Below the pieces are notes generated by a model. The model was not told the DNA's origin. It worked only from the letters and a program-made list of their open reading frames with translations, and did no database searches. DNA of 64,000 bases, from positions 12,710,001-12,774,000 of the forward strand of contig CM120649.1 in assembly GCA_051362555.1 (NCBI GenBank). Reading direction: 5' to 3'. This DNA is from Lingula anatina. Taxonomy: Eukaryota > Animalia > Brachiopoda. Shown in pieces: positions 34,552-47,972 of the stretch. The translations under genes and the position numbers were made by a program. Position 1 is the stretch's first letter. The number at the start of each line of letters is the position of its first letter.

Positions 34552-34827
34552 CTCCTAATAATTAAACGACAACCTTTATAACACAAAAAGAAAGACGAAA
34601 ATAATTTTCAGTCAGACATTTTCACAGCGCCCTTAGCGACAACACCCCAACAGATGGCGCTTTTCCAAGAAACGCGCATCAAATAAAAACTGAAGAATAA
34701 CAAAGCTCGTCTTGGTACGACATCTATAAACAACCGAAAAAGTGACATATATCCTCAAGATGGTAGAAGTTGGCGGCTACCTTGCCGAAGTAAGAACAAA
34801 ACCGTAACTGAGTACAAGGCAGAACAG
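34552..34827. promoter_or_regulatory. Probable bidirectional promoter TCTEX1D2 / MCF2L-like, with a candidate non-coding first exon ending at donor CAG|GTAAGT (34827)
   Basis: Local CpG enrichment; YY1-like CAGATGGCG (~34651) and CAAGATGG (34756); partial X-box GCGCCCTTAGCGAC (34627-34640); consensus plus-strand donor at 34828. Confidence 0.55.
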
Positions 34828-37126
34828 GTAAGTTTTTAGTTATGTGCGAAATAATAATAAGATCTAAAGGAATAACCCAAGTGGAAATTTTATTTTCAGA
34901 TACGCTTTTGAAGAGTGCTAACATCGACTAATGTTATCGTGTTCAACTTTCATTCATTTGATTCAAGATTTTCTCATTTTTACGCCAAAAGTAAAATTAA
35001 TATTTTATGATAAAAAACGTAATAATAATCATTATAGTATGTGAATAAGCTTAATTGAAGCACTGTCCTGTATTTGCATGAAAGAATAAAAGAGTGGAGT
35101 ATAGCTTTAAACTTGGGATTAATTTGTGTTTCTGTACGGAAGAATAAGATTGTACGGCCAATGGTCAAAATAAGACGTCTTAAATTCTATCATATCAACT
35201 TACTGGTGGTTTAATGTTACTCCCTATCTAAAGGCAATTTATAAAGGTGGTACCATACATTGTACTTAGTACAGATAGGGTGATTTCATATTGGTCAGTT
35301 ACATAATGGCATAGGATTGATTTGGGAGTATCCATTTTACACTTAAGATATATGGACTACTATGTACTATCATCCATCTTAAGTTTATTCTCATTGTTTG
35401 GCAAGTGACCTATCCATGGTGGAACTGTGGGGTGGGGGTGGGGGATGGCGTCTCATGCCCCCCCCCCCCCCCCCCCCCAGCTTAAGCCCCATCTACACTG
35501 GGCAGTGTCATTACTGTAGTATTTCACCTAATTGACTCTTTCTTCTGACTTCTGCAGCAAACAAGTTAATGGGACACACATTACTGCAGGGACTTGTTTC
35601 TGTCTCTGACACATGTTGTTCATAATCATCTTGGCTGATATATCGGCCTAGATTGTCTGGAGGGGTCCACACATAGTTGCTTCCTCTTTGTTCACATTGG
35701 TGCTTTAAGGTCTATGTATATTTACTGGTATACAAGAAATGGTTTGGATGATTGCTTTTAAGTAGTAGATTAGAATTTTGTGATTTTAATATCTGATAAG
35801 TCAGGAGGTTACTTAAGGTGGGTGTGGGTGTTTGGGATGGGTTGTTGAATAAAGGAAGGGGGGTACATTTTGCTGGTGGACAAATCACTCAGTTTCTTAC
35901 TAGTATGTTAGTATGCCAGTTACACAATTCTTTTCTTGGCTGAAGTTACTGGTAGTATTGTCTGACACACACTAACAGCATGAAGAGATTTGATCTCATC
36001 CAGCATGTATCTTATATTGGGTTTGTCTGCATTACTCTGTGGTCTGGCAGTGATTGAACAGTTTAAGTGAAATTAATGGAGGTTTTTATCAGTGTAATCC
36101 TTTTGTCTACACTGTGGACGTATTGATCTTCAAGTTGGTGTTTTCAAACCTTCAGCTGACCAAAGTATGAAGCAATATGATACACATTTCCTCAGGATTA
36201 ATATGAGATAATGAAATTGGTCTGGTGACTATGTGTCGGTATAATTGCACATTTTACATAAGAATCGCCTTATCTTAGTGTGATATGGAATTTTCTTTCT
36301 GATATTAATAGTAGGTGGAATATTTACCTGTAATGTCTGCATACATAAATGACATTAAAACTGGCATGTACGCAGTAGATTTCTATTTAAAAGGAGACAT
36401 TTATTTTAATGATATTCAGTGCCCCAAGGTAACTTGTGCAGGCTGGTGAGCTGGTACACCTTTCTGCTATATATGAAGTTTTGATCAAACTCTGATGTCA
36501 TTTTATTATTATATATTTACATTCAGTGTCCACATCTATATAGTTGAAAGATAAAATGGGCTGCACAGGTGTATTTTTTATCAATTCACATGTAAGAACT
36601 TTACTAGTACCCATGTATTGGAGTATTGGATTGAATATATGTACTAAGTACTAGTACTACTAGTAATCAAATTTTCAATGTTCAGAGGTGGTGAATTTTA
36701 GAGAGGGGGGGGATCAAATTATTTTTTTTAGTTACAACTTGTTGATTGACTTTTAGATCAAGAAATGTTACATACTACACTAATTTATATACTTCCATAA
36801 TTTTTTAATATAAATTCCTGGATAGATATGATACTTGTAGGTATAACTGTTGATTTTTGGCTTCAGACTTGTTGATTAACTTTTATTAGTACATCAGTAA
36901 ACTTTAAACAAGTCAAGATATTCTGTATATTTCAATCGTGATTTTTGTAGGTAAGATTTTGGTGATGAGACTTTGCCAAAAAATACCTGTAAGGTGATAT
37001 ATATACCTGTAGGCTGTACAAAAAGTCACCAAGATACATTATATTGACTTGATTGTCGGGGGTATTTACACTACCTGAGCTACCAAGAAAGGAGGGCATT
37101 TCAATTGTTGTATTTATACAGTGTCG

Positions 37127-37147
37127 TGTTTACGTCTCCATAGCAAC
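37127..37147 (+). promoter_or_regulatory. Composite forkhead (TGTTTAC) + RFX X-box (GTCTCCATAGCAAC) motif
   Basis: Exact match to the X-box consensus GTHNYYATRRNAAC at 37134-37147, directly abutting TGTTTAC at 37127-37133; 2.6 kb upstream of the ciliary gene TCTEX1D2. Confidence 0.5.
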
Positions 37148-40100
37148 GCACATTACATATCTACAGTGTCATTTAATAGGATCACCTTCAGGTGTGCTCT
37201 TTAAGTTCTCAATATAATATTATGACATTATAGGTACAGGTTTAACATTACTCCTTCTTCTTTGTTAATGTAGGACAAATGAAATGAGTACTAGCAACCC
37301 CCCTTTTCAGGTAAAACAAGGAAGGAGCAAAGTGTTGTCAGGTATATATGTGGGTGTGTTTTGTATTTCCACCTAAACAACGCCTGAGCTGTGACGAAAA
37401 ATAGGTCTGAATTATAATGACACTTCTATCTGTGCATGGATGTTGCGATGTTTGATTTTGAGTTCAAAACACAAACAACTTTGACTGCAGGGTTTCGCCA
37501 AAGGTGTGTTGAGCATTTATTTTGTGTTTTTGTAGTTTTGAACTTCCTCAGGTGTGACAAAAGGGAGCAGTGTTATTGTTGATATGTGGTACTTGATAAC
37601 ATGATCAGGTAATACCGTAAATCCACTTGGAGGCAAAGAACAGAAGGTGGGGGTGCACATAAAAAAATAATGTACAGGTCTGTGTTTATTCTAAATTTAG
37701 TGTAAATGACAAAAAATAATATAACTTATTATAATACAATTTTCATTTTTTCCATTTGTATAGTGCGCTCTTTTATTTCAAAGGACAAGTCATTTGAATA
37801 CCATGATTATTTGTCACATTTTCTATAAGGGGAAGTTGATAAGTTTTATTACAGTATGAAAGCTGTCAAATGAGAAGACACTTTTGTAACCTGATTTTAA
37901 ATGAGAAGACTTGTAGACTTTAGCATTTGTTTAGGTCCAATTCCCATTTGCCGAATGAAGTGATAGGTTTTTTCATTTACGATTTAGGTGATAAATGTTT
38001 TTCCATATTTAAGGGATAATAACTCTTCGTTTTGGCCAAAAAATGAATCTTCGTGGAGTGAACAACAATTTTTCCATACTTACCAATGGTTAATAAATCC
38101 ATTTTTACATTCAAAGTTAGTCCCTGGTTTTTTTTCTAAAAAGTTTGTTTTTTTGTTATAATCTCTTAAGAGATTATAACAGAGTATAGGTATCAATGGA
38201 GGTCATGTGGTCTAAAGACAAGCTCAGATATCAGAATAATAGCTATAACTGTCGTTTTTCTTATACAACAGAATACATTATATTTCTATGAGATGTTCAC
38301 AATGTTTTTATTGTGAAATATAGATCTCATATGAAGAGTTATTATCCCTTTAATTTCTTCTTCTAATTGCAGTTTTATTTATCTATTTAATGGGTGAGGG
38401 ATTATTTATCTTGTCTCGTGATAATAATAAGGTTGCATCTTACCATGACATTAGACATTCTTATAATTTGCATTGATAAATTTATATATATAAATGTCCG
38501 TTTCATGCCTGAGTTAAGTCACCTGTGCTTTCCCAGTCTTTGTGCTTAGAAGAAGAGGTATGCTTGCTATAGAAAAGTATGGCACTATGTAAATAAATAG
38601 GATGTGAGATTCTCATTCTCTGTCATAGCAATGGTGAAGGAGGGATGTATAGGATATAAGATAGGCAGGGTTATATTTACCGAGTAAGGGGTTCGTGTTT
38701 GATGCGGAATCTTACTAGTACTCCTCTAGATTCAGGTACAGGATACTCATTGATTAGCAGCCACAGAATTTATTAGACACTCAGCCTAGACAGTTGGCCA
38801 CTTGGGATTTTCTTGAAAGACCTTTTATTTTATGGATGCCGAATGGTTGACTTGATTTTATTATACAGCTATAGTTACTGTATGTATGGAAGGTTGTTTG
38901 GTGGAGAGGCTGGCTGGAGCTGCCTCAGCTCGATTGCAATCCACCTTCATCCCAGTATATTATCTTTGGATTGAAAAGCAGTGTATATTATGCCGCACAT
39001 TTAAAAAAGAACCAGGGAGAACAGGATGATGATATTTTGTTATTCTTTGAGATGATCAAGTTGGAAGAGTAATGTTAGTGTTCAGACAACAAAAGTGATA
39101 AAATTAATATACAGAATACTGAAAAGCAGGTGATTATCTGAGTACATTGGAAACAAGGGGAGGCGTGCTAATCTGTTAAACTGATTGCATTCAGCAAGAG
39201 TCCCTACAGAGTTGGATTGATCTATGTAGAATGACAGTTCCATTGGGAATGAGCTCTTATTGTACCTCAGGTTGCTGTAAAATATCAGCATTGGGGATTT
39301 CAGGTGCATAGTAAATTATAGCACTAAGGCAGCCTTGGGGATATTTAGTAAAGGGAATTTATTGTCTTCTAACAGGCTAACAGGAGTGTTCACACCCTCA
39401 TGTTCCTCAGGCTTAATTCAAGATAAGCTTCAGCTACTTTAAGATGTTGATTCAGCGATGGAGGTAGACTGAGGAAATATTCAGGCCAGTTTTGTCAAAA
39501 AAAGGAGAAGGAAGAAGGAAAAAAGGTTGCTTGTAAAGCCTGGAATTTTTTATTTATTTATTTATTTTTGCCGGGGGGGGGGGGGGGGGGGGGAGAGAGA
39601 GAGATACAATGCCTGTCTAATCCCTCAATTAATCCACCCAAATTCTCATTTGGTCCACACAGCCTGGGTCAAGGATTATGTACTGCGACTACTGTATCTA
39701 AAGTTTAAAACAGAACTAAACATGTCCAAACTTGGCAAAGTAACACCCTTAAAGTTGAACGTCATTATGACCACCACTCTGAAGAACACGGATAGTTATT
39801 CCAATGCTGGAGCTTAAAATACACTTGGGGACAAATTACAGACTTTTTTACGTTAATACTTTCCAATAATCATCGTGTTAGTACAGTCATAGATAAGCAT
39901 CTCCTCTCTTTGGAATAAGAAACACTGGTAAAAGGCAATTACTGCCTGAATTTTGAACACCACAGCTGAAATTGACTGTCATTGGTATGATGACATACAG
40001 ACCAAGATAAAGAACACTAATTAGAGAAAAAAATGTTACGATTAGACCAAAGGAAAAAAAAAACTTTAGGGCAAGTTTCCAGTCAAAATGTTACAGGGTG

Positions 40101-40314
40101 AATTAATAACATCTTAGTAAACCTCACGTGTTAGATAAAGATTTGTAGCCATGATAGTAAGTTACTGTACTCTTATGGCATAGATTCTGAAGCAAAACCT
40201 TACTTACTGACAGTGGGGCAACATATGGATTAGACTGGCTTCGTTTGTGGTTAGAAATCCATCAAGAGGTCTGCCGAAATGACAAGTTCTAGGTTAAACT
40301 ATACTAACTTCATT

Positions 40315-40512
40315 GGAGTAGCACTTTTTGGTAGAGTTTTCTAGTAAATGGAAATGTTCTTTTGGTACAATTGAAATGGCAGTGCCCTTTTTGCAACAGC
40401 TGTTAATTCGTGGAAATGTGTCTTTTGGTACATCTTAAATGTAATACCGTCTTTGGTACAAATTAAATGGAAGTGCATCCTTTGGTACAGCCTAAATGGA
40501 AATGCGTCTTCA
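40315..40512. repeat. Degenerate ~30-bp minisatellite (~6 units)
   Basis: Repeating AAATGGAAATGxxTCTTTGGTACA-like unit. Confidence 0.7.
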
Positions 40513-43500
40513 GATGATCATCAACGTGTGGCGCACTTAATGCTTTTGGCAGTTGGGTAATTTGTTATTAACATTATCAGATACTTTGCTAGTCTAGTAC
40601 AGAGATATGGAAAGCTCGTTGGGACATTTGTCACTGGAGGCTATTTTGGATTCGGACAGTTTCTTCTTAAAAAGGGATCTAGCCAGGATGACTATATCAG
40701 GGAGAGGACTACTTCTTTGGATTTTCTTCTGAAGATGGTGGACTGCAGCATTTAAGGGACTGTTGTGTGGGTCTGTTTGAAAGGACTGTTTTTGGAAGAC
40801 AATTTCAATGGACAACAGTATAATTTAGAAAGGACTAATCTGTGGGTCTATTTCATAGTATTATATTGCTGTACTTTTTAGAGGACCACATGTATGGTTC
40901 CAAGGACTATATTTCAAAAGACTATTTCAGACTGCCATATTCCCAAGAAGTATTTCAGGAGGCTATTTTGAGTTTTTGTAGTTTTGAACTTCCTCGGATG
41001 TTTAAAAAAAAAACGGAGCTTTGTAATGGTTGATGTTCTACTAGATAATATAATCAGGTTACTCTGAGCAGTTACTATTGAGAGACTTTTCCTTGTGGGA
41101 CCCAGATCGATTGGTGTACAATGTACTAGTAAGCATTGTATTTTTTCTGTACTTTTATCAGCAAAGGGATGTTAACACTCTCAGAAGAACACATGTGGTT
41201 TATAATCCGTAGAATACAGTTTTACTGCTTACTAGTTGTACTTGTAGCAGGAGGATTATTTCCAAGAGCTTGTAAGCAAGAAATAATTGAAGGTGGAGTT
41301 AAGGTGGAGGGTAATTTTTTTTTTCTAGGATTTTTTTGTCATAAATGAAGATCACAACCCAAGGAGAAGCAGAGGGTGTTGTCTGGTTTCCTCATTTCCG
41401 TGAAGTTGTTGAAAAGATTACCACTCTGAGCTATAGTGTTTGTGGACATCCTAGTATATAACTTAAAGTGTGCTGGAGAAAATTTAAACTTTCAGCTTGA
41501 GATTTAGGGATCACAGTAAGAGAATTACCGTGGGCTAGACTGGAGTATTGTTTTACTGGTGCAAATTGTATTAAGAATGCATACTGTGGGTTAGGATGAT
41601 TGCTAGTGCCAAAGAACACATCATTAGGTGATAAAATTCAAGGTTCAAGCTTAGAACATATGTGAGAGGACAGGTCCCCTTTAGTACTCTGTGCCAGGAA
41701 CAAGAACTGAGGCTGTGAATAAAGATTATATCGCATAGTTTTGAAACAAAAATATAAGGGCAGCGACATACCCTTGACGGACGGCCATCTATTTTATGCC
41801 AAGTTTGGATTGTTTTTATGACAAATAATCACTTTGGAAATTTTTGCTATTTAAAAAACAAAGCAGGTGTCATCTGACAAGTGACAGGTTTGCATGTCAT
41901 ATGCCTGTATTTCATCCAGTGCAAGTTGTGAGTGTTATGAGAATGCTGAAAATTAAAGAGTCATATTGATGAGAGTCAATTTTTAAAAGTAGGATCAAAA
42001 ATTCTTTGCAAAATTAATGACATTAAGGGATGTATAGTCAGTTGTTCCTTTTATCTGCAGAAATGCAGGTGTATCTATTTGCCTGCCTGTCTGTTGTGAG
42101 CATTCTGAATGGCCACATTTAGTCAGTTTTAACAAAAAGCTTTTAGTCCTAACTCTAAGATGGAGAAAGGAAATAGATTGTAATCCCCCCTGCTTACATG
42201 TACCTGTGCCTGTCATGTAATCAGTCTGTAATCTCCGCATTTAGTGGTCAGTATAGTGACCATCGGTCAGCATCATATGGGGATTAAGTAGTGTGGGGCA
42301 GTCATCCTTAACCAATACTACCTCAGCTCAAGTGCTGAAATGTGCTTTGTTAAAACTGATTGAACGCGACCAGACTTTAGATATAAAACCATTTTATAAA
42401 ACTACCAGCATGATGCAAAATTCATGTATAATTATTTAGCAAATGCAGCAGTTTGGAAGCTGAAGATGTACGCAAGGGAAGATTCTGAAATGGAGAAAAG
42501 ATCCCTGCAAGCTCAGGAGTGACTCAGGCAGCTGTTTATTTCTAGTTGGACAAATAGCTGACAGAACGTTTCGTTGTTCGATTTTTTACGAGGTACAGGG
42601 GTAAATCATGGGGAAATAGGACACATTGGCAAAAACATCTCACCAGATGATCTCAACCCAGTAATAATATGGGTGAACTTGACACATCATAGTCAACTAC
42701 AGCATACTGCTGACAATGTCATATATTGTGATATTTTGGAGTATTCTTTATAGTGTATAGACTCTATGGCAATTGAAGAGATTCATGTCAAATCTTGCAT
42801 AAAATTGTTTGCTCGTGGCCGTGTGTATAGAGCTGAATATGGTTGCAAATGACGTGTTACATTTTTGATGGAGATGAAGCAATATTATACCACACCTGAT
42901 GATAATATGAGGAGTGCTAAGACAGAACTTTGAAGAAGAACACACCTAAGAAGAATTTGATCTCACTTTGGTAGGAATTCAGATCTTTGCAGAATTACTG
43001 ATTGGTAAACAGAAGGGATATCTCACTGACAACAATTTCATGGTCGAATTATTAGAAAACCAACAATAAAAGGGAAGTACATTTTTGAAAAAAAAATCTG
43101 TCACATGTACTGCTGTCTACTTGCAGTTACTTCTCTTCATTACTAGTAGTCTGCAAGTTCATGGAATTTGAGAAAGTCTAAATTGCAATGCAATTGGATG
43201 ATAGACACGTCACCATGCAATGTTATCAAAGATGATGATGCTGGTTGTTTCATATTATACATATATGATTATATGGTATTGTTCAAAGGGCATGTATGAG
43301 CAGGGAAATTGAGCTGAACTGGAAATTAAAGTGGAAATTATTTGATGTCAAAATCACAAAAAGGCTTCCTAAGACAGAAGAGAGGAGGATTTAGGATTAA
43401 AAAAGACTGTTTAATGCAATCAAATATGGCAAACATTTGATTGTATCTCCATGTTTAAACATTTTCAGGTGGCTGTGAATGATTGTTATATTTCAACATG

Positions 43501-45740
43501 GTCTCCCCTCCATGATGAAATAGACATGGTGATATATTACAGATTTTGCACGTAGATTTCAGGTGTCAGTTACAAATCTGTTACCTGGGTGGAACAAATC
43601 TCACACAAATGGTGACTGGCTGGCTTTGCACTAATTGGATTCATAATTTATGTCCAGATTTACTGTCATCATACATAATTATAGCAGAAGTATGATGTCT
43701 GAAACGGAGTCAGCTTTTTATAACCATTATGATTTTATACAAAGGAGGAAATGAACAGGTGCAGAAAAGACAAAGAGAAAAATGTTGATTATTTCTCATA
43801 AAAAAGATCAAATGAGATGAATAATCGGATATGAATAGAAATATCCATGATGCTATACAGAGCATGACTTGGTTGGCACTATAAACTTTATTTACTGACA
43901 TTGTGTAAAAAGGAACAACTCATGATGAGCATTGATATATCCAAGCCCCGAGGGAACTCTCATTAACCCATGTGTGTTAATTTAATATTGGAAGCTGAAA
44001 TTTCAATTTATGGTGCCTGATGTATTTCATTGAAAAAATCAAATTTGATGATACGAAAAAAGAAGATAAGATTCACCTCGGGCTTGGGGGAACCTACACT
44101 GAGACATTTATAAGTGAACAATTCACTATTTTATTGTATTAGTGGCTGACTTCTTATTGATAAAAAATCCAATATTATGACAAATAGAACAATCACCTGA
44201 AGCCTAAGGGAAGGCAAATAGAGGAGCTCATTTCAACTGAACACAACTCCAGTGGACATTGGTTCTAAACAGGAGTCTGAATTAGCTTTAAGAAAAGACA
44301 GGAAAAAAAAGAAAACCCGATGATCAGTCACTCAAGGGAACACAAAATTAGCTTAAAGCAAAACTAAACCACTTCTCAAATTACCCTCATTCCAAGAAAT
44401 TCCCAGTAATCATCAGTGTCATCTTCTACCATCACTGTTGACTGAGCGCTAGCATCAAGGGTACTAGTATGAACTTGTTTGGGGACATCTCTTTTACGTA
44501 GTATGAAAGACAAATCGTCATGCTGTTAACATGCCATTGAAGAAGATTTGACAGCTGTTTTACAGTATGTGATAGTCAACCTATATTTACATATTTCTCT
44601 GCACTGACACTGCTGTAATTGGGATTTCTAAGTGACACGTGTGTTCTGCTGCTGCTGCTCCGCCAATGACAACTTTGGGAACAGTCAGCAAAATGAAGTT
44701 TGGGACGGATATGATTGCTAATTTGAGTGAGTATACCTTACCCAGTTCAGTGTTTCATTGGAACTTTTTGAAGGGATTTTTTTATGTTTTTACATTTTTT
44801 ATGTTCAGATGTTTTATTTTGTTTTGATTTTTATTTTATTTTGTTCAGTACTGGTAAAATTGTACAAATTTAACATTATGACCTAACATTGTACATAGAA
44901 ACAAAAAGAGCTATATATTATAACTGGAAACATGAAAATTGTTTCTACACAGTAGGCTCAAATTATTAGTTTATCAGACTTTTTATACCAAGGAATATAA
45001 TTGTACCAGCATTATATGGTACTAATGCACACATTTTATATAAATTTACTAGGCACCAGTTTCTACTAATAGTGAAGTTGATTTTTTTTTTGTTGGCTAT
45101 AGTTATATATGACTGGCAATACTAAACCATTGAAGAGTGAATTATAAGCCTGTTTGTTATGTAATCAGTGATAAGACCTTTATTTCAGGAGAGTTTTATA
45201 ACTTATGTCATCATTCCTTGCAGATTGGATCACTAGTTAGCTGCATTGGTGAGCAAAAACAATTGAATTTTAATGTTATGAACTAAAAGGATCAATTTAC
45301 TTCATGAAACCTTTTACCAGAATGGTAATATGATTTAAGTGTGGTATTCACACCTGAATATATTCACCCAAGACTAGTCCAAAGTATACATCTTGTATAG
45401 ACATGATATATATCAGTGCACTGATGTGTGTCAAATAATTCAAGACCAAGGTAGACAATTTTTCAGCCCTGGTTTAAAACCAGGTTTAAATTCAGCTTTG
45501 CAGCTTATCTCACTGAGAAGTTTTTTTTTTTTTTTTTTTTTTTTTCGTGATGAAGATATATTAAGAATACTGTAATCAAACAGACGACCCCAAGATTTGT
45601 CTACACCTTTGGTGACCACTAATGGAGATGGACACTTGATAAGTGACCAATAATGGTGATAATGGGTCAGGGGTCATTACCCCACGGCTGCTAGCTGTAA
45701 TTTGAGGCACGCGTTGATGTCTGTGTCATTATTTGTCTTA

Positions 45741-45743
<3 letters not shown>

Positions 45744-45793
<50 letters not shown>
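45744..45793. repeat. (CT)n microsatellite
   Basis: Read directly from the sequence. Confidence 0.95.
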
Positions 45794-45797
<4 letters not shown>

Positions 45798-47972
45798 TGT
45801 GTGTGAATGTGTGTAGAAGAGGAGGGCGGATTTATTCTCCAAGGTATTTTGTCCTGGGTTATGCATCTCATTTAAAAACAGTGACAATACTGCCTCTAAT
45901 TGAATAACTGACATTGTCATGTTCAACAGTCACCTCATTAATGTCTAGACTACTACTCAAACCATAATTATCATTAGCTCTACATGTCTGGAAATGCAAT
46001 ACATCACAGGTGGAAACTTGTACTTTGACAAGATAATTTGGGCCTTTGATATCTCTTTCTGTGATATAATACTTTGTAATCTGAGTGCTTCCGTGATAGT
46101 CATCTCTTAGTTGCTATGGAAGCCAAAAAGACAACTTCATACAGGTTTGGTATTTTAATCAGATGAGTCAGGTAGAACCCTGTTTTATTTCCCTGTTTTA
46201 TTTTAAATATTTTGTGCCCCCCCCCCCCCCCCCCATTCTCTAATCCCTCTGCCTGATAATTGCATGTAAATGCATTTCATTGAGGACCTAAAATGCCCCA
46301 TATATTATCAAAGCTTGGTTCCTAAAAACCTTGTTGAGATTTTGTAGTTTTTTGTGTATCTGAGTTCTCATTTTCTAAATTTAGAGTCATGTACTAGTTA
46401 TATAAGCTGGTGAATCTTACTTGTATCGAAAAGTAGAATATTAGAAATAAATATATAGAAATTAGAGTATTAGAATAAATATGGAGAAGTTTTATAGATA
46501 ATAATATATTTCTAACATTTTCATCAGCATTGGATTATAGGATTTATATCGGTGGTTATGGTTACCATATATATTGAAAATTCAAGGATTTTTTTTTTTT
46601 TTTTGTAAGATAAAATTCTAACGTGCATGATATGTTTTTAATATTAAGATACTACTTAATTAAATATAATCAGATTTATTCAAATTTATCTAGTAGATAC
46701 CGTATTTATTAAACATCATTGACCACCTACTTATCATAACTTCTAATAATAGTAGCATTTAATGCTGATTAGTAGCACCGACATACATACATGGGATTCT
46801 ACGCACACAAAATCATTGATCGGTATTTGCCGACTAATGTGGCTGTGCTACACAGAACTCGCAGTATATAGACCCATGATTAGGAGAGCTCTAGCTTTTA
46901 CACCAGCTGGATTATATACCTGGGATTCAAAATGGCACTTTTATTATAAACGGAAGACTGTTTTTTGAAGCTTTATGTTGTAAATACCAGTGCAGTATTC
47001 TATGTGTGATTATTACAGTATTATATACTTGGGATGTGCTAGTACATATGATTTAGGTAAGGATCAGAGTCTTTTTACAAAGGTGATTTGTGTACCTGGA
47101 ATCCAATATGGCACATTTACTAGAAAGAGTTGACCATTTTTTTCAGCTTAAAGCTCGGCAATTGGTGAACACTCCATTTAGGGAACAGATATATAAACAG
47201 AAGTAATTACTGTTAGAGTACTGTATGTCATATTGTTATATGAGGCATATGACTAGATGTTTGTTTACTAAAAGTGGATTGATTTAGCTTGCTTGGAATC
47301 TCAGGTGACGGAATTGACAGAGGATGTGTTTTTGATTTAAGGTCTTACTCAAGCAGCTTTTGTACCTTATTTATTCAAATATATGAACAAGTGGTGACAA
47401 ATGAAGTCTTGAAGTGATTGGAAAATATTAGTTGGAACTCTAGAACTGTGCAAGTGTCTCATGATGATGATTTTCACCAAAGCGCGTGCAGGAGATGAGT
47501 AGGATTCATAAATTATTGTGACACATTGAAGGATGTGACTCTCGAAATAATATCCAACTTTTTTACGAGCTGTCAAACAAAATTTCAGTAACTTTCACAC
47601 ACAGAGTAAATATGCTTAGAAATCCAGGGAGGTCAGGTGTGTGATAAATGGCTTTTTTGAATACTACAGCATGGTAGCAACTCTCAAAGGCCAATTTTAA
47701 AATTCAAGGATATGAATTTGAACAACAGCCATTACTGAAGTCAAAATTGCAGGTACTAGTGGTTGGTTGACAGGGAAGAAATGAGGGTAACAGCCAAGAA
47801 GGTGACACTTACTTTAAAAAAGAACAGCTTGAAATGATAAGAATATTTATCAACTGAGTCATAAGGATATTTACTCAGCAGTTTATAAACTTTTAAAGTA
47901 ATATTATTAATATGAATTCAGTAGCCTGAAGTCATACACTGGTTGGATGTGGTTTGTGAATGAGACACTGGA

